A stretch of 39,475 nucleotides of DNA, taken from NCBI GenBank assembly GCA_018663565.1, contig JABJQE010000160.1, positions 1-39,475 on the forward strand. The letters are read 5' to 3'. A program made the position numbers and the translations under genes. The first letter of the stretch is position 1; every line of letters begins with the position of its first letter. The notes under the pieces are model-generated. The model did not search any database. It saw only the letters and a list, made by a program, of their open reading frames with translations, and was not told where the DNA came from. The stretch is from Phycisphaerae bacterium. GTDB lineage: Bacteria; Planctomycetota; Phycisphaerae; Phycisphaerales; SM1A02. Shown here in pieces: positions 23,912-32,073 of this stretch.

Positions 23912-24596
23912 CCCAATCCTAGAAGCCCGAGACGTCTACAAGACCTATCAACTTGGTCGCGTTGATGTGCCTGTACTCAAGGGCTGCAGCATGCATGTGA
24001 ACCACAGCGAGTTTCTGGCGATTCTTGGAAGCAGTGGTTCCGGCAAGAGCACGCTGATGCATGTGCTCGGCGGGCTTGATCGAACCGACTCTGGACGCGG
24101 AGATGTGCTCCATAAGGGATCGCCCATAACTGGCCTCCCAGAACGGCAACTCAATCGATACCGCGCCCGCACCATTGGATTTGTGTTTCAGTTTTATCAC
24201 CTGTTGCCCGAACTCACGGTGCTGGAGAACGCGATGCTGCCCGGTCTTGTCCCCGGCGGAATTGGTCGCAACAACGCGAAGCGCCGGGCACGATCTTTGC
24301 TTGAGCAATTCGGACTCTCGCACAGACTCGACCATCGTCCAAGAGAACTCTCTGGTGGCGAGCGACAGCGAACTGCTATCGCTAGAGCGCTCGTCAACGG
24401 TCCCGAAGTCTTGCTCGCTGATGAGCCCACCGGCAATCTTGACGAGCACACTGGGGCTGAAATCCTCGATCTGCTCACCGAGGCCCACCGAAACGGGCTG
24501 ACGATCGTGATGGTGACCCATGACCGCAAGATCGCCGATCGGGCCGATCGGGCCATCCGCCTTGTTGATGGTGTACTGGCAAACGAGTCGCCATAG
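23904..24596 (+). CDS. ABC transporter ATP-binding protein (LolD/MacB-ATPase type)
   Basis: MSSPILEARDVYKTYQLG.... Motifs are Walker A GSSGSGKST, signature LSGGERQR, Walker B LLADEPTGNLD and the H-loop VTHD. ATG 23904 overlaps the permease end by 8 nt. The track ORF beginning at 23739 is an upstream extension. Confidence 0.9.
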   Translation: MSSPILEARDVYKTYQLGRVDVPVLKGCSMHVNHSEFLAILGSSGSGKSTLMHVLGGLDRTDSGRGDVLHKGSPITGLPERQLNRYRARTIGFVFQFYHLLPELTVLENAMLPGLVPGGIGRNNAKRRARSLLEQFGLSHRLDHRPRELSGGERQRTAIARALVNGPEVLLADEPTGNLDEHTGAEILDLLTEAHRNGLTIVMVTHDRKIADRADRAIRLVDGVLANESP

Positions 24597-24778
24597 CCCC
24601 GCAGGCCCTTTATGTTTATGAATGTAGCCCTCAGAACCGCCTCGGATCTGCGATCTGGTGCCCCTGAATCCACCAATCTTCGGCAGTTTCGGAATAGACT
24701 GGAACGTCTCTGGCATCGTCCCGATGTCAGACTGTCCGCACAGCCCCCAACACTGCCCCAAAGATTTGGAGAGTTTCC

Positions 24779-27313
24779 ATGTTTGAACGCCTTACAGACC
24801 GAGCCCGCAAGGTCATGGCCCTGGCCAACCAAGAGGCTCAGCGATTCAATCACGAATACATCGGCACCGAACACATCCTGCTTGGGCTGGTCAAGGAAGG
24901 TTCCGGCGTTGGCGCTAACGTACTGAAAGCACTTGAGATAGATCTTCGCAAGGTCCGCCTTGAGGTTGAGAAACTCGTCAAGAGCGGCCCCGAGATGGTC
25001 ACCATGGGCAAGCTTCCACAAACGCCTCGCGCCAAAAAGGTGCTCGAGTATGCGATCGAGGAAGCGCGACACCTCAACCACAATTACGTGGGCACCGAGC
25101 ATCTGCTGCTTGGCCTGCTTCGTGAACAAGATGGTGTAGCGGCGCAGGTACTGATGAATCTCGGCGTGAAACTTGAAGAGGGCCGCGAAGAGGTACTCAA
25201 CCTACTTGGGGCTGGCATCGAGCCTGAGGAAATGGAAGAAGTTGGCGAAGGCGGCGAAGAGGCACCATCCGCATCCCCCCGCCGTGGCAAGAGCAAGACT
25301 CCTGCACTCGACAGCTTCGGACGCGACTTGACCGAACTTGCCAAATCAGGCGAGCTCGACCCTGTCATTGGCCGCACCAAGGAAATCGAACGCCTCGTGC
25401 AGATCCTCTGCCGCCGCACGAAGAACAACCCGGTATTGCTCGGTGAAGCTGGCGTTGGTAAGACGGCAATCATCGAAGGTCTTTCGCAGCGCATTATCGA
25501 TCATGAAGTGCCGGACCTTCTGCACGACCGCCGCGTCGTTGTACTTGACCTAGCGATGATGGTGGCCGGCACCAAATACCGTGGCCAATTCGAAGAACGC
25601 ATCAAGGCCGTCATGAACGAAGTTCGGCGTGCGAAGAATGTCATTCTCTTTATTGACGAACTGCACACGCTCGTCGGTGCCGGTGGTGCTGAGGGCGCCA
25701 TCGATGCATCCAATGTGCTCAAACCCGCACTCTCCCGTGGTGAAGTTCAATGCATTGGCGCCACAACTTTCGATGAATACCGCAAATACATCGAGAAGGA
25801 CTCCGCGCTCGAACGACGATTCCAGAGCATCGCGGTTGAGCCACCAAGTGCTGAGCAAACTATTGAGATCCTCAAGGGCCTTCGCATCAAGTACGAAGAG
25901 CATCATCGCGTCACCATTACCGATGAGGCCATCGAAGAAGCCGTAGAACTCTCGACGCGGTATATGCCCGCCCGCGTTCAGCCAGATAAGTCACTCGATG
26001 TTATTGACGAGGCCGGCGCCATGATTCGCCTTCGGTCGATGTCCAAGCCGCCAGATCTTGCTGACCTCGAAAGCCGCATCGAGCTTTTGACAGTCGAAAA
26101 AGAAGACGCCGTCAAGGCCGCCGACTACGAAAAGGCCGCTAACCTGCGCGACCAAGCAGAGAAGGCGCGTGCCGAGAAGGACACGGTGCAGAAAGAGTGG
26201 CGTGATCGCATGAGCGATATCGTCGGCACAGTTGATGCTGATGTCATTGCCGAGACGGTCTCAAAGATCACCGGCGTTCCATTGACGCGGCTCGAACAAG
26301 CCGAGTCGGCGCGATTGCTAAATCTCGAAGAGGAACTCCACCGCACGGTCGTGAGCCAGGACGATGCAGTAAAGCAAGTGTCCCGCGCGATCCGCAAGGC
26401 CCGCTCTGGCCTCAAAGATCCGAATCGCCCAATGGGTTCCTTCCTCTTCGTCGGTCCATCCGGCGTGGGCAAGACACTCCTTGCCAAGGCATTGAGTGAA
26501 TTCATGTTCGGCGACCCAGAAGCCATGATCTATCTCGACATGTCTGAGTACATGGAGAAGCACACCGTCTCACGACTGGTCGGCGCCCCTCCCGGATATG
26601 TCGGTTACGAAGAAGGCGGTCAACTCACCGAGAAGATCCGCCGTCGGCCATACGCAGTCGTGCTGCTTGATGAAGTTGAGAAGGCACACCCAGATGTATT
26701 CAATATGCTGCTGCAGATCATGGAAGAAGGCCGCTTGACCGACTCGTTCGGCCGCCGGGTTGACTTCAAGAACTGCATCATCATCATGACGAGTAATATC
26801 GGCTCTGATCTCATCAAGGGCGGTTCTTCGTTTGGCTTCGGAAAACGCGAAGAGATTCAAGACTACGAGAAGATCAAAACGTCGCTGATGAGCGAGATTG
26901 AAAAGTTCTTCCGCCCCGAGTTCATCAACCGACTCGACGACACCGTTGTGTTCCGACCGCTTGTCAAGGACGACCTGTATCACATCATCGACTTGGAACT
27001 CGCCAAGGTGTGCGACCGACTTCGGTACAAGAAGATGGACATGGAACTTGGCGAGAAGGCTAAGGACTTCCTCATCGAGAAGGGATACAACCCAGACTTC
27101 GGTGCTCGTCCACTGCGTCGCGCCATCAGCACCTATATCGAAGATGCCCTAGCCGAGTCCCTGCTTGCAGGTGAATACGGCGCAGGTCAAATGATTAAGG
27201 TCACACACAAAGAGGGTGATGATCACCTGACATTCGAGTCCGAGCCACTGCCAGAAGGCGAGGCCACTGCCGACTCAGACAATGGTGACCAACCCGAAGA
27301 AGCTGGCGTCTAG
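24779..27313 (+). CDS. clpC: ATP-dependent Clp protease ATP-binding subunit ClpC
   Basis: [37 protein letters not shown] gives the Clp_N repeats. There are two AAA+ modules ([16 protein letters not shown]) and a UVR-like linker ([17 protein letters not shown]). GGAGAG lies 6 nt upstream of the ATG. Confidence 0.93.
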   Translation: MFERLTDRARKVMALANQEAQRFNHEYIGTEHILLGLVKEGSGVGANVLKALEIDLRKVRLEVEKLVKSGPEMVTMGKLPQTPRAKKVLEYAIEEARHLNHNYVGTEHLLLGLLREQDGVAAQVLMNLGVKLEEGREEVLNLLGAGIEPEEMEEVGEGGEEAPSASPRRGKSKTPALDSFGRDLTELAKSGELDPVIGRTKEIERLVQILCRRTKNNPVLLGEAGVGKTAIIEGLSQRIIDHEVPDLLHDRRVVVLDLAMMVAGTKYRGQFEERIKAVMNEVRRAKNVILFIDELHTLVGAGGAEGAIDASNVLKPALSRGEVQCIGATTFDEYRKYIEKDSALERRFQSIAVEPPSAEQTIEILKGLRIKYEEHHRVTITDEAIEEAVELSTRYMPARVQPDKSLDVIDEAGAMIRLRSMSKPPDLADLESRIELLTVEKEDAVKAADYEKAANLRDQAEKARAEKDTVQKEWRDRMSDIVGTVDADVIAETVSKITGVPLTRLEQAESARLLNLEEELHRTVVSQDDAVKQVSRAIRKARSGLKDPNRPMGSFLFVGPSGVGKTLLAKALSEFMFGDPEAMIYLDMSEYMEKHTVSRLVGAPPGYVGYEEGGQLTEKIRRRPYAVVLLDEVEKAHPDVFNMLLQIMEEGRLTDSFGRRVDFKNCIIIMTSNIGSDLIKGGSSFGFGKREEIQDYEKIKTSLMSEIEKFFRPEFINRLDDTVVFRPLVKDDLYHIIDLELAKVCDRLRYKKMDMELGEKAKDFLIEKGYNPDFGARPLRRAISTYIEDALAESLLAGEYGAGQMIKVTHKEGDDHLTFESEPLPEGEATADSDNGDQPEEAGV

Positions 27314-27382
27314 CGCGGCTTCGCTGCAATAGCTCGATAGAACAGTAGAGCAGTAGCCCGCGAACTCGCTCGGCGCACTGCA

Positions 27383-27994
27383 CTACTGTATGTCTTGGAG
27401 TTTCCAATCGCTGCCTTCGCGGACAATGCGTATGGACGAGAGTGGAAAATCGTAGGCAACTTGTGGCCGCAGTGACACAATGCCATGCTGCTCTCCAACA
27501 TCCGACACAACGTCGCCATAGACCTTGCCAGCCTGCATACGGTTGAGCATGCTTGCAATCGGTTTACGGTTCCGCTGGAAGTACATCAAGAACTCGTCGT
27601 ATCCGCCTTCACCACGATCTTCGTACCACGCCCGCTGAGACATGCTGATAAGTTGCTCCCAAATCACCCTGTACTCAGAGCGGCGAAGGCATTCATGTAG
27701 ATTCACCACAAGATGCATTGGAATCACAGTCTGCAGCTCGACCGTTCCGTCTTCATTGTCGGTCCGGATCCGGATGCGGTCCTGCCCGATCGTCTGCTCA
27801 AAGCCCTGTAAGTCACTCGGCTGATCGTCGATCCAACGTATCTCAGTTCCATCGGCGGTAATCGTTGAGCTTGGTGTGTCACTGCCCATCAACCGCGCCC
27901 AAGATGGCCGCTTGCGATACTCGATGCGATGTGTTTCGCAGCCAAGCAAGAGCCCATTGAGCACGAACGTGATAATCAGTACCAAACGCATCAT
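27383..27994 (-). CDS. Putative lipoprotein, function unknown
   Basis: MMRLVLIITFVLNGLLLGC carries a lipobox (LLGC). AGGAG lies about 11 nt upstream of ATG 27994. I recognise no family. The track start GTG 28027 adds 11 aa. Confidence 0.6.
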   Translation of the reverse strand: MMRLVLIITFVLNGLLLGCETHRIEYRKRPSWARLMGSDTPSSTITADGTEIRWIDDQPSDLQGFEQTIGQDRIRIRTDNEDGTVELQTVIPMHLVVNLHECLRRSEYRVIWEQLISMSQRAWYEDRGEGGYDEFLMYFQRNRKPIASMLNRMQAGKVYGDVVSDVGEQHGIVSLRPQVAYDFPLSSIRIVREGSDWKLQDIQ

Positions 27995-28019
27995 GGTTAC
28001 GATAGCTCCTGAACACACA

Positions 28020-28679
28020 ATGAGCACTCACCAAACACATCCCACGCCCCCATCTGGACTCCCTCAGGTCTTGCATGCCGATGAGTGGCTTATTGTTTTT
28101 CGCAAGCCCGTTCCAATGCTCTCGGTCCCAGGAATCGGCCCAGAAAAAGCAGACTGCCTCGTCTCCCGGGCCGCCGCCGTCTACAGCGGCGCCAGAATCG
28201 TTCACCGACTTGACCGCGACACGTCTGGCGTGATCGTGCTTGCACGGGATGCGGCGACCCACCGGGCACTGAGTATTCAGTTTCAAGACCGACTCGTCAC
28301 CAAGCACTATGAAGCAATTGTCGCCGGGCAACCAATAGATGACGAAGGACTCATCGACGCCGCCATCCGAAAGGATCTCGAGAACAAACCACGGCAGTGT
28401 GTCGACCCAGTCGAAGGTAAGCCTTCACAAACAGCGTGGCGAGTCCTTGAACGACTCGGTGACAGGACTCGGCTCGAATTACGACCCCGAACGGGGCGGA
28501 GTCACCAGTTGCGTCTGCATCTCAAACACATGGGGCATCCAATTCTCGGTGACGACCTCTATGCCCCGCCAGAAGCAATCGCGATGGCAACACGGCTGTG
28601 TCTCCATGCCACGTTGTTGACATTCACCCATCCGGCCACCAATGAATCGATGACTGTGACAGATCCAGCGCCGTTCTAA
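28020..28679 (+). CDS. RluA-family pseudouridine synthase (no S4 domain)
   Basis: The catalytic motif is HRLDRDTSGVIVLARD. Also present are KHYEAIVAG and GRSHQLRLHLKHMGHPILGDDLY. The start is uncertain, with in-frame candidates at ATG 28020, 27993 and 27876. Confidence 0.85.
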   Translation: MSTHQTHPTPPSGLPQVLHADEWLIVFRKPVPMLSVPGIGPEKADCLVSRAAAVYSGARIVHRLDRDTSGVIVLARDAATHRALSIQFQDRLVTKHYEAIVAGQPIDDEGLIDAAIRKDLENKPRQCVDPVEGKPSQTAWRVLERLGDRTRLELRPRTGRSHQLRLHLKHMGHPILGDDLYAPPEAIAMATRLCLHATLLTFTHPATNESMTVTDPAPF

Positions 28680-28693
28680 GGACGAGCCTGTCG

Positions 28694-30667
28694 CTACGAG
28701 CACGGCCCCCGCCACCTTGCCACCGCCATCAACGGGAAATACAACCTGTACATGTGGTATCGAAGGTAGAACACACGTGGGAAGCCTGTGCCGGTGAATT
28801 CCGTTTCGGTCCATGACCCCGCAGGGTCCTCATCGGTCGCTTCGGTGAGTTGCTCACGGCACAACCAACTCGCAGCAAGGCCGCACCGCTCGTCGCTCGC
28901 CCCGAAAACTTCGATCATTGTCATCAATCCCCACGCAGTTTGACTCGGCGTACTGATTCCCGTTCCCTTCAATGCCGGGTTGATGTACGAATCGGCTGTC
29001 TCGCCAAATGACCCGTCGTGCTTTTGCACGCTCGAAACCCACTCGCCAGCTCGCTGCACCCAATGTTCATCAGGTGACACGCCACACCGAATAGGGCCGA
29101 GCAACGCCTGCCATGTACCGTAGAGATAGTTCACGCCCCAGCGTCCGATCCACGCTCCATCTTCAGTTTGTTCCCGCTTGATATAGGCAATGGCCTGTTG
29201 CACCACGGCGTCCTCGGTCGTGTAGCCATGCCACGCGAGACACTCCAAAATGCGCCCCGTGATGTCGGGACACGATGGGTCTTGCATCGCGTTGTGGTCG
29301 GCAAATGGCACGTACTCCAAGATCTGCCGGTGCTTGGTGCGATCGAATGCAGCCCACCCGCCGTCATCATTCTGCATCGCGATCAGCCACTTCACGCCAC
29401 GCTCGCCGGCCGCGATTCCATCTGAGCGACCTGTTCGATGAAGTGCCATCGCAACCTGCGCCGTGTCATCAACGTCTGGGTACCACGCATTGTGATACTC
29501 AAAGAACCAGCCGCTCGCGTCAACCGGCAATTTCACACCGTCTGCCCAATCGCCACGGAACGTACATTCTTTTCCGAGCAGCCAGGCGCTCGCGGCATCA
29601 ACGCTTGGGTCGCCTGCCGCCAACCCGCAGGCAGTCAACGCATACAACGCGTAGCCCGTGTCCCACACCGGACTGAAGCATGGTTGGATCATGATCCAGT
29701 CACCATGGTCATCTGACTTCTCCACAAAGAAGTCATCTAAATCCTTTTCTGCCCGCCGCAGCACGGGATCACTTCGATCCCAGCCAAGTGCTTGAAGCGC
29801 GACTTGGATGTACACCATCGGCGGAAAGATCGCGCCAAGGCCGTCGGTAGCAGCCTCGCCATCCTGTGATGCTCGACGAAGAATCCACTCAAGACAACGA
29901 TGAACTGCGAGCCGCCGGAATGGCGATGTGCCAACACGATGCGCCAGCTTCAAACTTGAGTCCACAAGAGAGAAGAATATGGACCACAACCCCGGTGTTT
30001 CCTCACTCCGAGACAATCGATGTCGCGCACGATCATCGATGAAAAGCTCATTGATGTGGACGTCTTTCGGCAGTTCACGCGTTGGACGCAGCGCTGTCAC
30101 AATCGCCAACGGCAGGATCATCGTTCTCGTCCACGCACTGACCTTGGACATATGAAAATAGAACCAACGCGGCAACCAGATAATCTCGGGCGGAATGGAC
30201 GGCACCGCGTTCCACGATACTTGGCCAAGGCACGCCAAGTAGAAGTTGCTAAATGTGTTGATCCTCTCAGCGCCACCTGCTGCAAGAATTGCCTCGCGGC
30301 CGGCAACCATGTGCGGTGCATCAGGAGCATCGCCCATCAATTTGAGCGCAAAGTAGCCCTTCACCGACGCGTTGATATCCATGTCGGAGCCCGGGTATTG
30401 CCCCCAGGTTCCATCGGGTCGCTGCTGACGACGAAGACCTGCGGCGATACGATCAAGCGTCTCACGTCCCGATCCATCTCGCATGGGTTCATTCTCTTGA
30501 GAAAGAATGAACTTCATCAAGAGATACTCGCTCTCCAGAATTGAATCGCCCTGCAGAAGGCCGCACCAATGGCCGTCGGATCGCTGCAACGACCGCAAAG
30601 CAGCCACGCCATTATGGACGCATTGAGCGACCGCTTCACGGAGTCCGGATGACGTCTTCACTGGCAT
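28694..30667 (-). CDS. shc: Squalene-hopene cyclase
   Basis: The catalytic DVDDTA motif is the complement of 29465-29476 plus the next two codons. Multiple QW repeats are present (QRSDGHWCG, QRPDGTWGQ, QNDDGGWAAF, QTEDGAWIGRWG, QKHDGSFGE). I chose ATG 30667 so that the first QW motif sits at the position seen in characterised SHCs. ATG 30709 and GTG 30784 are in-frame alternatives. Confidence 0.9.
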   Translation of the reverse strand: MPVKTSSGLREAVAQCVHNGVAALRSLQRSDGHWCGLLQGDSILESEYLLMKFILSQENEPMRDGSGRETLDRIAAGLRRQQRPDGTWGQYPGSDMDINASVKGYFALKLMGDAPDAPHMVAGREAILAAGGAERINTFSNFYLACLGQVSWNAVPSIPPEIIWLPRWFYFHMSKVSAWTRTMILPLAIVTALRPTRELPKDVHINELFIDDRARHRLSRSEETPGLWSIFFSLVDSSLKLAHRVGTSPFRRLAVHRCLEWILRRASQDGEAATDGLGAIFPPMVYIQVALQALGWDRSDPVLRRAEKDLDDFFVEKSDDHGDWIMIQPCFSPVWDTGYALYALTACGLAAGDPSVDAASAWLLGKECTFRGDWADGVKLPVDASGWFFEYHNAWYPDVDDTAQVAMALHRTGRSDGIAAGERGVKWLIAMQNDDGGWAAFDRTKHRQILEYVPFADHNAMQDPSCPDITGRILECLAWHGYTTEDAVVQQAIAYIKREQTEDGAWIGRWGVNYLYGTWQALLGPIRCGVSPDEHWVQRAGEWVSSVQKHDGSFGETADSYINPALKGTGISTPSQTAWGLMTMIEVFGASDERCGLAASWLCREQLTEATDEDPAGSWTETEFTGTGFPRVFYLRYHMYRLYFPLMAVARWRGPCS

Positions 30668-30715
30668 GGGTGGGAATGGTATGGCAAATGGGCGTGTTCC
30701 CCGTACCATCACGGC

Positions 30716-31933
30716 ATGATCACACACACTGTCCGCGGCGACCCAACTAGCCGCATCGCTGCATCGGCAACCAGTGAACACCACGACACCCGCACCGCAG
30801 CGGATGAAGTGGCAGGAGCCTTACATGATGCGCTTGCTGGCAAAGCGCCCGACATTGTCATGCTCATGGCCAGTTTCCACCACACCGCCGCGCTGCCTGA
30901 CGCGTGCAATGACCTGCGACGAATGCTTGTTCCGGGCCACCTGCTCGCTGGCACCGTGGAATCGGTACTCGGCGACGGGCGGGAACTCGAGGGTATTGCT
31001 GGCATGTCGGCCATGGCCCTGCGATTCGGGCCCCATGGACACGGTATCCGCTTGTCGCCCTGGCGAACAACGCCGTGGGAGCCCATCCCGCTCTCGCAGC
31101 CAGAGGCAATGGCCGCCCGCATCGACGCCGGTACCGACACAAAGTGCGTGCTGGTACTCGCCGATCCATTCAGCACTCCATCAACTCGAATGTTGCCCGC
31201 TATTGGAAGTTGCCTCGGCGGCGGGCACACCATTCCCGTCACTGGCGGGCTGCTTTCTGGGGCTTCGCAGCCAACTTGTAACCGACTAATCCTTGATGAT
31301 GTTGTTCAAGATGCCGGAGCGATTGGCCTCACGATCTCTGGAGACATCGATGTTCGCACCATTGTGAGCCAAGGATGCAGACCGATTGGACACCCTGTCG
31401 TCGTCACAGAATGCGACGGCAATATCTTGACCGGGCTCGACGGTCGACCGGCGCTCGACACCGTTCGTGACATGCTCAGCGAATTGCCTGAGGACGAGCG
31501 GCAACTCCTTTCCGGCGGACTGCTCGTTGGCCGCGCCATTGACGCGAGCAAGAAGCGACTCGGACGCGGTGACTTTGTCGTCCGAAATGTGCTTGGTGTT
31601 GAGAAAGAGAAGAAGGCCATCGCAATTGGTGAACTTCCACGACGCGGCCAAACTGTGCAGGTACATCTCCGCGACGCGCAAGCCTCGCATGAAGACCTGC
31701 AACTTCTGCTTGACGGCCAACAACTCCATGACCCACCACTGGCCACCTTCCTCGTCACATGCAACGGCAGAGGACAGCGACTCTTTGGCGAAGTCGGGCA
31801 CGACACTGCCATCATTCGAAAGCGGCTCGACGACCCCCCACTCGCCGGCTTCTTCGCAGCTGGAGAATTCGGCCCCCTCTCCGGCAGCAACTTCATCCAC
31901 AGCCAAGCCGTTGTAGCGACGCTCTTCGGCTAA
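30716..31933 (+). CDS. Stand-alone FIST-domain (FIST_N + FIST_C) sensory protein
   Basis: 405 aa. The N-terminal part reads ...DEVAGALHDALAGKAPDIVMLMASFHH.... The C-terminal part reads ...LAGFFAAGEFGPLSGSNFIHSQAVVATLFG, which is typical of the FIST_C end. No output domain is present. Confidence 0.7.
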   Translation: MITHTVRGDPTSRIAASATSEHHDTRTAADEVAGALHDALAGKAPDIVMLMASFHHTAALPDACNDLRRMLVPGHLLAGTVESVLGDGRELEGIAGMSAMALRFGPHGHGIRLSPWRTTPWEPIPLSQPEAMAARIDAGTDTKCVLVLADPFSTPSTRMLPAIGSCLGGGHTIPVTGGLLSGASQPTCNRLILDDVVQDAGAIGLTISGDIDVRTIVSQGCRPIGHPVVVTECDGNILTGLDGRPALDTVRDMLSELPEDERQLLSGGLLVGRAIDASKKRLGRGDFVVRNVLGVEKEKKAIAIGELPRRGQTVQVHLRDAQASHEDLQLLLDGQQLHDPPLATFLVTCNGRGQRLFGEVGHDTAIIRKRLDDPPLAGFFAAGEFGPLSGSNFIHSQAVVATLFG

Positions 31934-32073
31934 CGGCCCCAAGGCAACCTCACGGGGGATCGCCTGCCACTGTGCCATTCTGAATAGGGCATTCTGCATT
32001 TTCTGTTCCCATATGACGGCCGTCGTGCTACCGTCGCAGGTCTTGGTGAGACCAAGTCAAATGGGAGTCGAGC

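Noticed and set aside
24597-24778. 182-nt clpC upstream region inspected for CtsR operator (GGTCAAA repeats) or CIRCE (TTAGCACTC-N9-GAGTGCTAA)
   Set aside because: Neither element is present. Only the RBS (GGAGAG) is recognisable.
23919-25129. 280-aa and 310-aa minus-strand ORFs spanning the LolD-like gene, the spacer and the clpC 5' end
   Set aside because: They are antisense to two strongly supported genes. They have no recognisable motifs and biased Arg/Ser/Leu composition.
27314-27382. Imperfect long-loop hairpin (CGCGG..GCTGC / GCAG..CCGCG) between convergent clpC and the lipoprotein gene, considered as a bidirectional terminator
   Set aside because: The stem is interrupted and the loop is about 21 nt. 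There is no U-tract on either strand.
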